Below, one piece after another: positions 14,001 through 26,689 of a DNA stretch of 64,000 nucleotides. The notes beneath the pieces were generated by a model. That model made no database searches, had not been told where the DNA came from, and saw only the letters and a program-made list of their open reading frames with translations. How positions within the stretch are numbered: position 1 is the stretch's first letter; each line of letters starts with the position of its first letter. Both the position numbers and the translations under genes were made by a program. Source of the DNA: Cenococcum geophilum (Eukaryota); NCBI GenBank assembly GCA_050273025.1, contig CP158636.1:3472001-3536000 (forward strand), given 5' to 3'.

Positions 14001-16920
14001 TATATAGGATATCTAAGGATTTCTAGGATTCGCAAATTTCTACCGTTAATTTATTAATCACTTCTTAAAAATTGTTTAGCCATTAATAAACTTAATAAGG
14101 AAAAACATAAAATTTAAATAGACTACTAAATGCGAACAAGCTTTTAACGACCTAAAATATCGTTTTATAACTACTCCGATCCTCGCCTACTTTAATCTGG
14201 ACCTTAAATGCATTATTAAAATAGACTCGTCTAATTATGCACTAGAAGGGGTATTATTACAGTATAATAAGAACGGCGAGCTGCGCCTAGTAGCCTTTCT
14301 CTCCCAAAAACTTACCCCTACTAAATTAAACTATAAGATATATAATAAGGAACTGCTTATAATTATTAGATACTTTAAATAATGGCGCCTAGAATTTAAA
14401 AGATTATTATTCCTAATACGCGTATTAACGGACTATAAAAACCTATAGTACTTTATAACTATAAAGTAATTAACACAGCGCTAAATTCGTTAGGCTAAAT
14501 ACCTTTTATAATTTAACTTTAAGATTATATATTAACCTAGTAAACTTAACTAAAAGCCTAACTTATTAATATAATAATTATAGAACTTACCTGTAAACGC
14601 CTCTAATAAACAGATTATAAATTAATTATAAATTCTACTACCCCCTAAACGCTTTAAGAAACTACGCCCTATATTCCTAGACGCGGAGCTTAATAGAAAT
14701 AAATTAGAAATTAATAAGTGGGATATAGAAATTAATAAATTAATAGAACACGAATATAAGAATGACCCCTAGATAGTAGATATAATAAAAGCAATTTAAA
14801 TAGGGAAACGGCAATATAAGGATATTACACTCGCTAAATACGAAATCCGTAATAATCGGTTATACTATTAATAGAAGATAGTAGTCCCAAATTCTAAACC
14901 CTTACGATTTAAGATACTTAAATTCGTATATAATTCCCCTATAGTAGGGCATCCTAGCTATATAAAGACCTATAAGATTATCTAACGAGTATACTACTGG
15001 CCTATAATATATAACTATATATAAAAATACGTCTAAGTATACAGAATGTGCGTATATAGGAAGACCTCTTATATAAAGAAGTAAGAAGTACTTTAACCGT
15101 TGCCAATTTTAATATAAAGATGGCGAGATATCTTAATTAACTTTGTAGTTAACCTACCTAATAGTAATAGGTTTATAAATATTATGGTAGTTATTAACTA
15201 TTTTATAAAAATGCGATATATGATTCCTATAGACTTAATTAATGCAATATTAGTAGCCGAATGTTTTATTAAGTATATCTTTAAGCTATATAGACTTCCT
15301 AATTTAATAATATCTAACCGTAGAAGCTAGTTTATTTTAGACTTCTAGCAAGCCCTATATAAACGATTAAGTATATAAACACGACTCTTAACTATATTTT
15401 ATCTAGAGATAGATAGTTAAACTAAAATTGCGAACGCGATTATAGAATAATACCTATAAATGTACTGCTCCTACCTATAAGATAACTAGGAGAAATAGCT
15501 ACTGTTAGCTAAGTTTACTGCGAATAATATAAGAAACGAATTAATAGGCGTGACGCCGTTCTACGCAACCTATAGATAAAACCCTTAACTTAGATTTAAA
15601 CTATAACCTAAAATTAATATAATAGGACCTATAATTAAGAGGATTTAACTAATTAACGTATATAACTTCGCTAATTAAATAAAGCAATTAACGGAACTAT
15701 TATAAAGTAAATTAGCGTACACTTAAATAGTATAGGAATAGTATATAAATAAAGGACGAGCTTCCGCGTAGGACTTTAAGGAAGGTAATATAGTTTACCT
15801 AAATATATAAAACCTAAAGACTTAACGACCTTTAAAGAAACTAGACTAGAAGTTTATGGGTCTGTACTAAGTTAAGAAGAAACTAAGCCTATACGCTTAT
15901 AAACTTAAACTGCCGACTAAGATAAAAATATATTTAATGTTTTACGTAAACTTACTGTAACCCTTAAAGGGTAAGCCTATAACTTGCAAAGTACTACTAC
16001 TACCTCCCGTAATTATTAACAACGGGAACGGTTTTTACTTTATTAACTCGATTAACAATATGCGATAGAAGATATAATCTAAACAATTTAAACTTCTCAT
16101 TAAATAGGAAGAATATAAAATATAAACTTAGGAAACCTATAACTAGATTAAGACTAATACGCCTTCCTTAGTAAAAGAATTCTACGAGGACTATCCTTCG
16201 CGGCCTACTTTAGCTAGATGGACATAATATAAAAGTAAATAATTGCCACCTAATATAAATACATGAAATATAATAGCAGGAAGCTTAAAATTAAAAAAGA
16301 CTTAAAATACGTCACGACGTTTATAATATAATTACGTGATATATAAGATGTTAAGGAACTTTAACCGCCAATTAAAGTTATCTAATTAGTTAGATTTACC
16401 TTACTAAGACCCACTATAAAGATGTTAGTTTTGCTTACCGCCTTAACTAAGCTAATAGCGATTTTCTATCCCGGGGATGGAAAATCCTAATTGGTCCATT
16501 TAATAATAGAATTGGTAAAACCCTATACCGCCACCTAACGCAAAAATATAACATACAATAAGTTATAAGTCTTAACTAAAATTAAATTATTTGGACCTTT
16601 GGCTAAAAGGGGGGGTACTATAATAGGACTAGCCTAGTTATAGTAGGAATGTCTTAGTGAAACACTTAATAGATAAATTCCAATGCTTTAACCAAAATCT
16701 GCTAGATTAATTAAATTACCAAAGTCCGTTAAAGACCGCGTGCGTATATACGCACGTATCGACCACTAAGCCCCTAACTATTTAATTATATAATTCTCTT
16801 GTTATTCCTTTCTCTTCTTTATATAATGTCTTGTTCTTAGCAAGAGCTATATACCCTTAGATTTAGATAGAATTTATATCATTCCTTTAAATCTTCCCAA
16901 AGTCTCTCCGCGTCCTTATA
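11013..16920 (+). mobile_element. Gypsy D: full-length RIP-inactivated chromovirus-type LTR retrotransposon
   Basis: 302-bp LTRs 11013-11314 and 16619-16920; TSD ACTTT; PPT AAAAGGGGGGG before the 3' LTR; gag with CxxC knuckle, PR, RT ([17 protein letters not shown]), RNase H, integrase and chromodomain remnants. Confidence 0.95.
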
Positions 16921-17201
16921 ACTTTAACCAGTGGTTAAAGTTCCTAGATATTTAAAGGCCTTACGTGACACGTAAATCTAGGTGGCCGTATATTATAGTA
17001 GGCTTCGTTCCTTAGGCCTTAGGGTATTCTTATCTTTATACTCTTCTAGTAACTTATTATCTTTATTATACTAATATTCTATTTACTTATCTAGGTACCT
17101 TAGGGGTCTAGGTAAGTTAGGGTATTAATTATAAAACTTTTTAAGCTTTTAGGGGTAGCCTATAAAGTTCTAAGTGGGGTACTAGGTTAGGCCTAGGTTA
17201 T

Positions 17202-17480
17202 CCCATACGCGGCTGAGAAAGGCGCAATAAAAAAAGTGGCCCGTGCGCGAACACCAAAAGTCTCGCGATCGCAAGTGGGCAAGACGACGACGACCTCTAA
17301 GGACTTAGTATGGCTGTCCTCTTTGTAAAATACTGCTCTGCAAACATAAGCCTTGCTAGTGGAAGCACCTTAGTCGAATTAAGCCACGATAGAGTTAATA
17401 TTGGGCTTTAATTTATTAGTACAAGGTTGAATTTCAAGTCTATGCACGGGCCTTCTTATTGCGCCTCAGCCGCGTATAGG
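17202..17480. mobile_element. 279-bp non-autonomous TIR element (MITE-like), CCC..GGG-type ends, AT duplication
   Basis: Left end CCCATACGCGGCTGAG..GGCGCAATAA..GGCCCGTGC vs right-end reverse complement CCTATACGCGGCTGAGGCGCAATAAGAAGGCCCGTGC. Removing the element plus one AT restores the host chromodomain frame (GGC TAT AAC). Confidence 0.85.
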
Positions 17481-19224
17481 ATAGCCCTTTTATTAAACAC
17501 GGTATTTTAGCGCTTCTTACACTAGCTTATATGCTAATATTTCCTTAACTTCCTATTTATTATCGCCACTAACTTAAATTGGTAGGGGAGGCACGTTTTT
17601 CTATCTAGGTAATAGATCACTTATAGCTTTCTATAACTTATCTGGTAAGAAAATAGAGTAAACTTTAATTAAATCTAGGAGCTTTATCTTATATAAGTTG
17701 CCTACCTTCTCTAGGACCTTGTATGGTCTTGCTATTTAGTAGTCTAGCTTATAGCTAGGCCACTTAGTCCTCTAATTCTTTATTATAACCTAGACCCTAT
17801 TACTAGGGGTAAAGTTAGGTTCCTAGCGGTGTTTATTTACTTATTATTTTATTAACCTTTAGGCTTTTTCTAAGTTCTTATAGGCTACCGTCTAGGCCTC
17901 TTTTAAGCGTTTAGCGTACTGCTAGGCCTTACTATAGAATAGTTTCTCGCGTATAGTTTAGGGTTCTTTTAGTCTTTTCTAATTAAAGCTTATATAGGGT
18001 AAGTAGCCTATTTCTAGCTAAATAGGGGCAAACCCTATAGAGTTATAGAGTAGGGTTGCTTAGGTATAGTCTATTAGGGGGAGTAGTTTAGACTAGTTGT
18101 TTTAAAAGTAGTTAATAAAGGGCTAGAGTCTCTAGTCTAAATACTAATTTATAATCTCTATCTAACTGTCTGTCTAAGGGTAATACGCTATAGAGAGCTT
18201 TAGCTTAATGCCTAAGATCTAAGTAAACTCGTTCTAGAAGGCTAATATAAACTACGGCCCGCGATTAGATATAATAGTATTTAGCGGTCCGTAAATTTAG
18301 TAAACGTAGTAGATATATAGCTAGGCCGCCTCTTTAGCATTAATATTTTTATAGTAGAGGATTAAAAATAGGCGCTTGCTAAAGCGGTTAACTAGGATTA
18401 TAACTATATTATATCTATTACGGTCTATAAGTAGTTTATAAAAGTTTATAAAGATATATTACTAGCGGCGCTCTAGTATTAGGAGCGGTTTTAGTAGTCC
18501 TAGGGTCTTATCTTATAGGATTATAGCTCTTTAGCAGTCGTCGCAGTTCTATATATATTAATTAATATCTATAGCTATCCTAGGCTAGTAATAGCGGCCG
18601 CTAATAATTTTATAGGTCTTGTTTTTGCCAGGGTATTATGAGGTGAGGATGTGGATAGGGAGTCTAATAATAGAACAATGGGTATATTGTATAGACAGAG
18701 ACAAATCCTTAAGGGAGAAGGAGGAGTCTAAGGTGCGAGGTAAGGGGTTTCTATAGGCACGTATAGCGCACGTGCCTCACAGGCGAGTCGCCTATGGGTC
18801 GCCTGCACCTCGCAGCTATATAGCTATCTACTTAGGTTTCACCTAACAATGCCCCCCCCTTTAAAAAGGGTCGTCCCTAATCCTTTATATGCTTAGGCCT
18901 TAATAAAACCCTATAAAAACCTTAATAAGGAAAAAATTGAAAGGGAAAGAGCGTCCTAATTTTGCGTATAGAGAGATAGGTAGTACACTTGCGCGAAGAT
19001 GTTAAGGAACTTCGACCGCCGGTTAAAGTTGTCTAATTAGTCAGATTTGGCTTACTAAGACTTCCCTGCATTTTACTAAGCTAATAGCGATTTTGCATAC
19101 CTGGTATAGAAAATCTTAATTAGTCCGTTTAACAGGTAGAGCTAGTAGCTTAATATTATCGCTTAAATTTAGTAGATATAAAATATTCCAAAAGCTCGCT
19201 TATATAGGCAGGTCGCTAGTACCT

Positions 19225-19745
19225 CGCGGGTAGGTCATAGGTTACTTATATGCAGCTAGATTTATAGACGGTAAGGCTATATACCCGTTAAACCCGCCAC
19301 TAACCCTTGCTTTGGCCTTACGCTATACTAGCGTAGCGCTATATATACTTCGCAGGTAGGTTATAGGTTACTTATATACAGCCAGATTAGGATAGTAAGG
19401 CTATATACCTATTAAATCCACCACTGACCCTTACTTTAGCCTTACGTGTTATCTATATAGTATATATATAGAATAGTGTATAAGTTGTCTATATAGGTCA
19501 CTACTAGTAGGTCACTAGTAGGTCGTAGACCCCGGTTAAAGGACCCTAGTCCTAAATAGGTGTAGGATAATATAAGTCGTTGGTATAGGTCACTACTAGC
19601 AGGTTATTAGCGGGTTAAAGACCCTAGTTAAAGAACCTTGGTTATAAACGGACTTATCTAGTATAAGTCGTTAGTATAGGTTACTACTAATAGGTTACTA
19701 GCGGGTCGTAAACCCCGGTTAAAGGACCCTAGTTTTAGACGGACC
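19225..19745. repeat. Tandem repeats in the 3' non-coding part of E: two ~125-bp units, then three ~90-bp units
   Basis: Repeated GGTAGGTYATAGGTTACTTATAT...GCCTTACG (19225-19446) and TATAAGTCG...GGTCACTACTAG...GTTAAAGGACCCTAG (19479-19745). Confidence 0.8.
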
Positions 19746-20118
19746 TATTACCTAATATATAAATAGTCTGTAAAGGTAGTATAGAGTGACGGACTAGGTC
19801 TAGGCCTAGGAGAGTACTTTTTAATTACTTTAGGGTCACTAGCGGTGCGCCGTAGCCTCGCCTATAAGTCGCCTGCGAGTCGCCGGGTTGCGGTAAAGTG
19901 TGGCTTATATAGGATATTGGTAAATTAAGCTTCACCCCATATATATACCGCAACTCTTACTATAAGCGTTAGCTTATTCCTTAATCCCTTAGGATATCCT
20001 CTGCCTTTCTTTAATATAGGCTATATCTTAGCAGTAGCAGCGCTTACCTTTCACTTACGCTTTAGCTATAAGGCTGGGTAGTAGTATATTAGCTTTATAA
20101 AACGGTCTATAAGGATAA

Positions 20119-23100
20119 TGTTACGGGACACCCCCGTGACACCTTATACACGTCTACCTATTTCCACCAACTCAGTAACTAGAGACTAACCACGAGACGG
20201 CAATTTGCGGCAATCTAATGGCAATCTGCCATATTCTGCTATATTCCGCTAAGTTCTACTAAATCCTACCAAGTTCTGCCAGGACTACCACCTAAATCCT
20301 ATTCTGCTCCGTGTATATATTAACTAAGCAACCAAGCTAACAATATATACCCTTTCTTCCCGTTTCCCTGCCTTCTCTCCTTACGTAATATCTTAACCTT
20401 ATTATATAGTTTATATATATAGCTTAATAATATCTACTTCGTTATATATTATTACTACTTATACTCACTCCGTGATACTACGTTGCGTTAACTACTTATA
20501 CTACTACCCGAAATGGAAAACGCACCTAAAGCCCCTATAACGGCCGCCGATATTATATCCATTCTCTAAAAACAAATAGCAAGCATATAGAAGTCCTTTG
20601 TAGAGGCCCTTAAACAATAACAAGTTACCCTAACTTAATAATAAGCTAAACAAGAAGTACGGTATTAGAAAACAATAGAAGCCCTCTAAGAAGAAGTTCG
20701 TACCCTTAAGATGCCTACGCTAAAACCCTAAGACCGAACACTATCTCCGGAGTTAAATACGCGAAACGCGAGTCCCAAACCTATAGCAGCTATTTATCCT
20801 AAACTAACTACCGCACTGTAACGATCTAAGCGGTTACCCAACCCCCTAGTATTCACCAGTAAACAACAAGAGCTTTAATTATTCCTAAGCTAGCTAAAAA
20901 ATAAGCTAACTGGTAACGCCAACTATTACCTAACTAAAGCTAACCGACTCTGTTACGCCCTAAGTCGACTAAAAGGAGAGGTAGCTAACCTTATTAAACC
21001 TCTTTAGCCAACCTTAGTATAAAGCCTAGTTATACTTCTTAAAGCCTTATACAGTGACCTAAACCGCTAAGCTACTACCTAGAAAAAGATAAACCACATG
21101 GCTTAAGGAACGAAAAGTTTCCTAGTATACTTTTCCAAATTTAACCATTACATAAGGGAAACAGGCTAGAATAACTCCGCACTAATTAACAGCCTCGTTA
21201 AATCTCTAAGCCCCAAACTAAAAACCTCCCTAATAGGCGTAGACCTACTAGGAGCCCTTAATACCTATATAAACGTCGTTAACAAACAGTATAATAATAT
21301 ACTACGCCTAACACTAAAATACGCCCCTTGATACAATACGACAGCCCTATAAATGTCTACTAAGTCGTCTTAGCCTAAGCACCCTAACGCCATGGATATT
21401 AACACTGGAACCCTAGAGTACGCCCTACTAGGGTCCCCTAAATAAGAAAGACGTATTAAGCTAGGCCTCTGCTTTAAATGCGGAAGAAAGGATTATATCT
21501 TAAAACACTACCTTATCCCCCTACCTACGCACCAAAATAATTTACGAACGGCTAACACTAACAGCCGTTCACCGCATTAATCTTCCGGTTACCGTCCCTA
21601 ATCTTTATCTAGTTCTAGCCCCACGTCTAGTAAGCACCATTTATAAGGACGAAGCTCTAACTGACGCTCTATAAGAACCCCGCCCTAATTACCTCTAAAA
21701 GAAAGGTTCTAGAGCTAAGTCGCTCTCTAGAACGGCTCTGCCTTAGGATCTCATTAAACGCATTTAACGTTACGAACTCCGACTCTTAGGACCGTAGTAT
21801 AACTATTAACTGCCGTCTTTGGTAGAATAGTTAATAGGCTAACGCTTAAATCCTAATTAATATAGAAGCTAGCGGCATAGGATTTATTAACAAGATCTTT
21901 GCGTAAGATAATAGTTTTACCTTAACCCCCCTTAACCGGCATATTAATATATTTGGATTTAACGGCAAACGCACTATCTTAGGCCGTATTACCTATGTGG
22001 CAGCCCTAAGACTTTAATACCTAAACCATAAAGAACTAATTAAGCTTTTTGTTACTACCTTAGGTTACCTAGTAATCCTTAAATAACCTTAAATAAAGCT
22101 ATATAAGGTAACTATTAACTAGGATAACCTTAAGCTTTTATTTACCGCCTCCCGTTGTAAGTAGAAGTGCCTTATAACTTACTGCCCTAACCCTAAACTA
22201 AAACCTAGGAAATCTACTAAGATCCACTAGCTTAAGATTTCTACCGATATCTACCCTACGCCTAAGGAATCCACCAGATTCCACCAACCTAAGAATTCTA
22301 CCAAATTCCACCGATATAAGATTTCCACCAATATCCACTAAAGATCTAGAAATCCCACCGAACCCTACAAACCAACCCCGACTACTACACCACCCCAAAC
22401 TAAGTAGAAGCTTAAGCTTAGTATATAGGAGTACTAGAAGAACTGGTACCCTATAATAAAAAGAATACTTAAAGAACCCAAACCTAAATCTAATATCGAC
22501 TCTATACCTAATACTAAACCTAAACCTAAATAAGAGACTATATAAGAGACTATAGACGATCCGAGAGAGCTTAATACCCTAGATATCCGCATAATTAGAG
22601 CTACTCCGCTAGCTTAGCTTACTAAGAAGCCTAAACATACGATTTTCGCTATCACGATGGCTGATATTGAGAAAGCCTTGGCACTAAAGAAGCATACCAA
22701 CCCTATTACGAAGGTACTAGCAGAGTACTATTACCGCTTAGACGCATTTTTACGAAAGGAAGCTAATAAGCTACTAGAATACCGACTATACAACTACAAG
22801 ATTGTACTTAAAGAAGGAAAGCAGCCCGGATTTAGACCCCTATATAGAATATCCTAAAACGAACTCTAAGTGCTATAAAAGTATCTAGACGAGAACCTAA
22901 GTAAAGGATTTATTAGAGCAAGCTCTTTACCTATAGCCGTATTAGTAATCTTTATTAAGAAACCTAGCGGCGGTCTACGCTTCTGCGTAGATTACCGAGC
23001 CCTTAACGCTATTACTATTAAGAACCGATATCCGATCCCGTTAATATAAGAGACGCTAAACTAACTAAGCAAGGCTCGCTACTATACGAAGCTTAATATC

Positions 23101-26077
23101 ATCTCTGTATTTAACCGCCTCCGTATAGCAAAGGGAGATAAATGGCTTATCGCATTTTGTACTTAGTATGAATTATTTAAATACTTAGTGACGCTATTTA
23201 GCCTCATAAATGCTCCGAGCTCGTTTCAACATTATATAAATAACACCCTACGCCCCTACCTAGACATCTTCTATACTGCTTATATTAACGACATCTTAAT
23301 ATATAGTAATAACCTAACCAAATATCGGAAATACGTTGACCTTATTTTATAAGCCCTGCACGGAGCTAGTCTATAATTAAATGTAAATAAATACGAGTTT
23401 TATAAGACGGAAGTCCTATATCTTAGGCTTCTTATTTCTATAGACAGTATATAAATGGACCTAAAGAAAATTAAAGCAATTATAAACTGGTAAGAACCCG
23501 AGAACGTTAAGGACGTAAGAGCCTTTATAGGATTTGCCAATTTCTACTAACGGTTTATTAACAACTTCTCCGCCCTAGTTTTACCCCTTATAGCTCTAAC
23601 CTAAAAGGATAAAGCCTTTATCTTTAACAAGGAATATAAGAAGGCCTTTACTTATCTAAAGGTTATATTTACTACCGCGCCCATACTCTAATACTTCGAC
23701 CCAAACTAAATAAGTGTTATAGAAGCTGACTTATCCAACTACGTTACTAGAGGCATCCTATCTTAATATAACGAAGAGGGAGTATTACACCCCATAGTAT
23801 ACTACTTAAAATAACTAAGCCTAGCTAAATATAACTATAAGATCTACGACAAGGAACTACTGGCTATTATTAAATGCTTTGAGCAATAGTGACCTAAACT
23901 AGAAGGCACTGGATTCCCAATTAAGGTCCTTAGCAATTATAAGAACCTGTAGTACTTTACGACCACGAAACAGCTAAGCTACCGTTAGGCCCGCTGGTTA
24001 GAATACCTATCTCATTTCCGATTCTTAATTACGTACTACCTAGGCGTTTAAGGCTAGAAGCCTAATGCCCTAACCTAACGCTCGCAAGACGCGCTAGCAC
24101 TAGAAGAGGTACGTTTTTACCGAAATTAGACCCTACTTCGCCCTAAACTGTTTAACCCTTCTGCTAAAGATCTTACGGTATAAGTCCTTAAAATAACTAA
24201 TTAATTAATTGAATAGATTATAACTAATAAATATCTAAATAACGAGTTTATCTAAGAGACGCTTAAGCTAATTTAAGATAGCGTTAGACGCTCTAAGAAG
24301 ATCTCTCTAAATAAATATAAAGCTTGCGGAAACCGCTTATATTACTAGAACCGTCTAGTTATCCCTAATTATAATAAACTTAAGCTTAAGCTCCTTAAAC
24401 ACGTATATAACCTACTAGTAGCCGGCTACCTAGGCTAAGGAAAAACCCTGGAGCTACTCTAACGGGAGTACTACTGGCTAAATATGCATAATATAACACA
24501 AAGGTATGTCTTTAGCTGTTACGTCTGCTAATAAGCTAAAGCTTCGTATAAGATATATAACGGCCTTCTAAAGCCACTGCCTATTCCGGACCGAAGATAA
24601 AAGGACATCTTAATTAACTTTATTGTTAACCTCCCTGTAAGTAAGGGCTGCACGAATATTATAGTAGTTATAGACCGACTATCTAAGATAAGACACTTAA
24701 TCGCCTGCCCTAATATATTAACACCTACTATTGCCTAACTGTTCCTAGACCACGTATAGAAACTCCACGGACTCCCTAAAACAATTATCTCCGATAAAGG
24801 CAGCTAGTTTATCTCTATATTTTGGAAAGAACTAACTACCTAACTCTGTATTAAAGCACTATTGTCTATAGTATACTACCCAAAAACGGACGGTTAAACG
24901 GAATATATAAACGCTATAATGGAACAGTATATTTGGATATACACGTTATACTTATAAGATAACTGGATTAACTGGCTTATATTCGCCGAGTTTACCGCAA
25001 ATAATTCCATTTCGGAAACTATAAAGGTCTCCCCATTCCTGGCCAACTACGGCTAGTATCCACGAATGGGTTTTGAACCCTTTAGTAATGTTCCTTACCC
25101 TACTCGTTACGCCTTACAAGTTGCGGAAGTAAATAAATTTGTAAAGAAAATGGAGGAACTATAATAGTTCCTTGCTGACGAAATAATATGGGCTTAATCT
25201 GTCTATAAAGCCGTAGCGAATAAGAAACAAACCCTAGTACCAGCCTATTAAATTAGTAACTTTGTCTGGCTAGATATAAGAAATCTAAATATAAAACAAC
25301 CTGCTAAGAAGCTTAATTAGAAGAACGCTGGCCCTTATAAGGTTAAGAAGGTTGTCTTCTCCTACGCCTATTGACTAAAGCTCCCTAATACGGTTAAAAT
25401 CCACCCCGTATTCTATACGTTAGTCCTCCGCCCCACTGCTCCTATATTAGACGCCCTGCCCAGATAGATATAAGACTTTCCCCTACTAGTTAAAGTGGAT
25501 AGTAAGAACGAGTACTTTGTTAAAAGAATTAATAATATTAAGTATAATAAACGGAAACGTTAATATATGTATCTTATAAAATGGAGAGGCTTTACTAAGC
25601 CCTTATGGGAACCTGTTAACTCTATAGGACTTATATAAGCTGTAGAAGACTTTTACAAACTCTATTTAGAACTACTATAGCCCTATCTTATAGAAGCTTG
25701 AGTTTAAAGGGGGGGTACTGTTACGGGACACCCCTGTAATACCTTATACACGTCTACCTGTTTCTACCGACTTAGCAACTAAAGACTAACTATAAGACGG
25801 CAATTTGCGGCAATCTAACGGCAATCTGCCATATTCTGCTATATTCCGCTAAGTTCTACCAAATTCTGCTAAGTTCTGCTAGGACTACTACCTAAATCCT
25901 ATTCTGCTTTGTGTACGTATTAACTAAGCAACTAAGCTAATAATATATACCCTTTCTTCCCGTTTCCCTACCTTCTCTCCTTACGCAACGTCTTGACCTT
26001 ATCACATAGTTTATGTACATAGCTTAATAATATCTACTTCGTTATATATTATCACCACTTATACTCACTCCGTAACA
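20119..26077 (+). mobile_element. Gypsy J: full-length RIP-inactivated chromovirus-type element nested in E
   Basis: 359-bp LTRs 20119-20477 and 25719-26077; TSD GATAA; PPT; gag CFKCG knuckle, RT ([27 protein letters not shown]-like), RNase H (NYEIYDKELLAI-like), integrase, chromodomain. Confidence 0.95.
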
Positions 26078-26689
26078 GATAAGGAGGTGTCTTAGACTTA
26101 GGGAGATCCGTAATAGAGTTAAGTAAGTAATACCGCTAGGCTTATATAGGGGCCTTAAGGGCTATAGCTTACTATAAGGTATATAGCGGTGCGATTTAAG
26201 TGTTAGTAGGTATTATAGTACCTAGGTATTTACGAAGGTCCTTAGTAAGGCTAGACCTTATTATACCTTAGGAGTCCTTAAGTATTGCTAGCAGGAACTC
26301 GCCCTTAGGTAATTGCGTGTAAAGCGTATAAAGGCGTCCCTTATACTCTATAGATGGATTAATAACTTAGGGGTATTCCGTAAGCCGTTTCGGCTAAGGT
26401 AGCTACTACTACCACTTGCCGTAGCACGAGGCTCTGCGCAAAGCTAGTACCAGCGAGGTAACTCGTAGGGTTATTGTAGGGGACTGTTACCTAGGCCAAG
26501 GGTCTAGCGCTATAGGTTAGTCAAAGTCTTAGTAAGAATAGTAAGACGCTCTAGTCCGCCGGCGCTAGGTTATTAGTATAGTAGCACTAGGGCCGCCTAT
26601 AAGGCCTATAACCTATAACTTTCTAGTATAGTATAGGCATAGACGTAGTTAGGTTATAATATAACTGTATAAAGTATACGTTTAGGGGT

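Noticed and set aside
16395..16490. Hammerhead ribozyme in the shared 3' module (CTGA.GA-like and GAAA-like words)
   Set aside because: The words are not arranged around stems II/III as required, and the GAAA lies inside a perfect hairpin arm.
17199..17483. Tc1/mariner-type TA duplication for the 17.2-kb mini-element
   Set aside because: Removing the element plus a TA leaves the host chromodomain 2 bp short. An AT duplication with CCC/GGG ends restores the frame and matches the second element.
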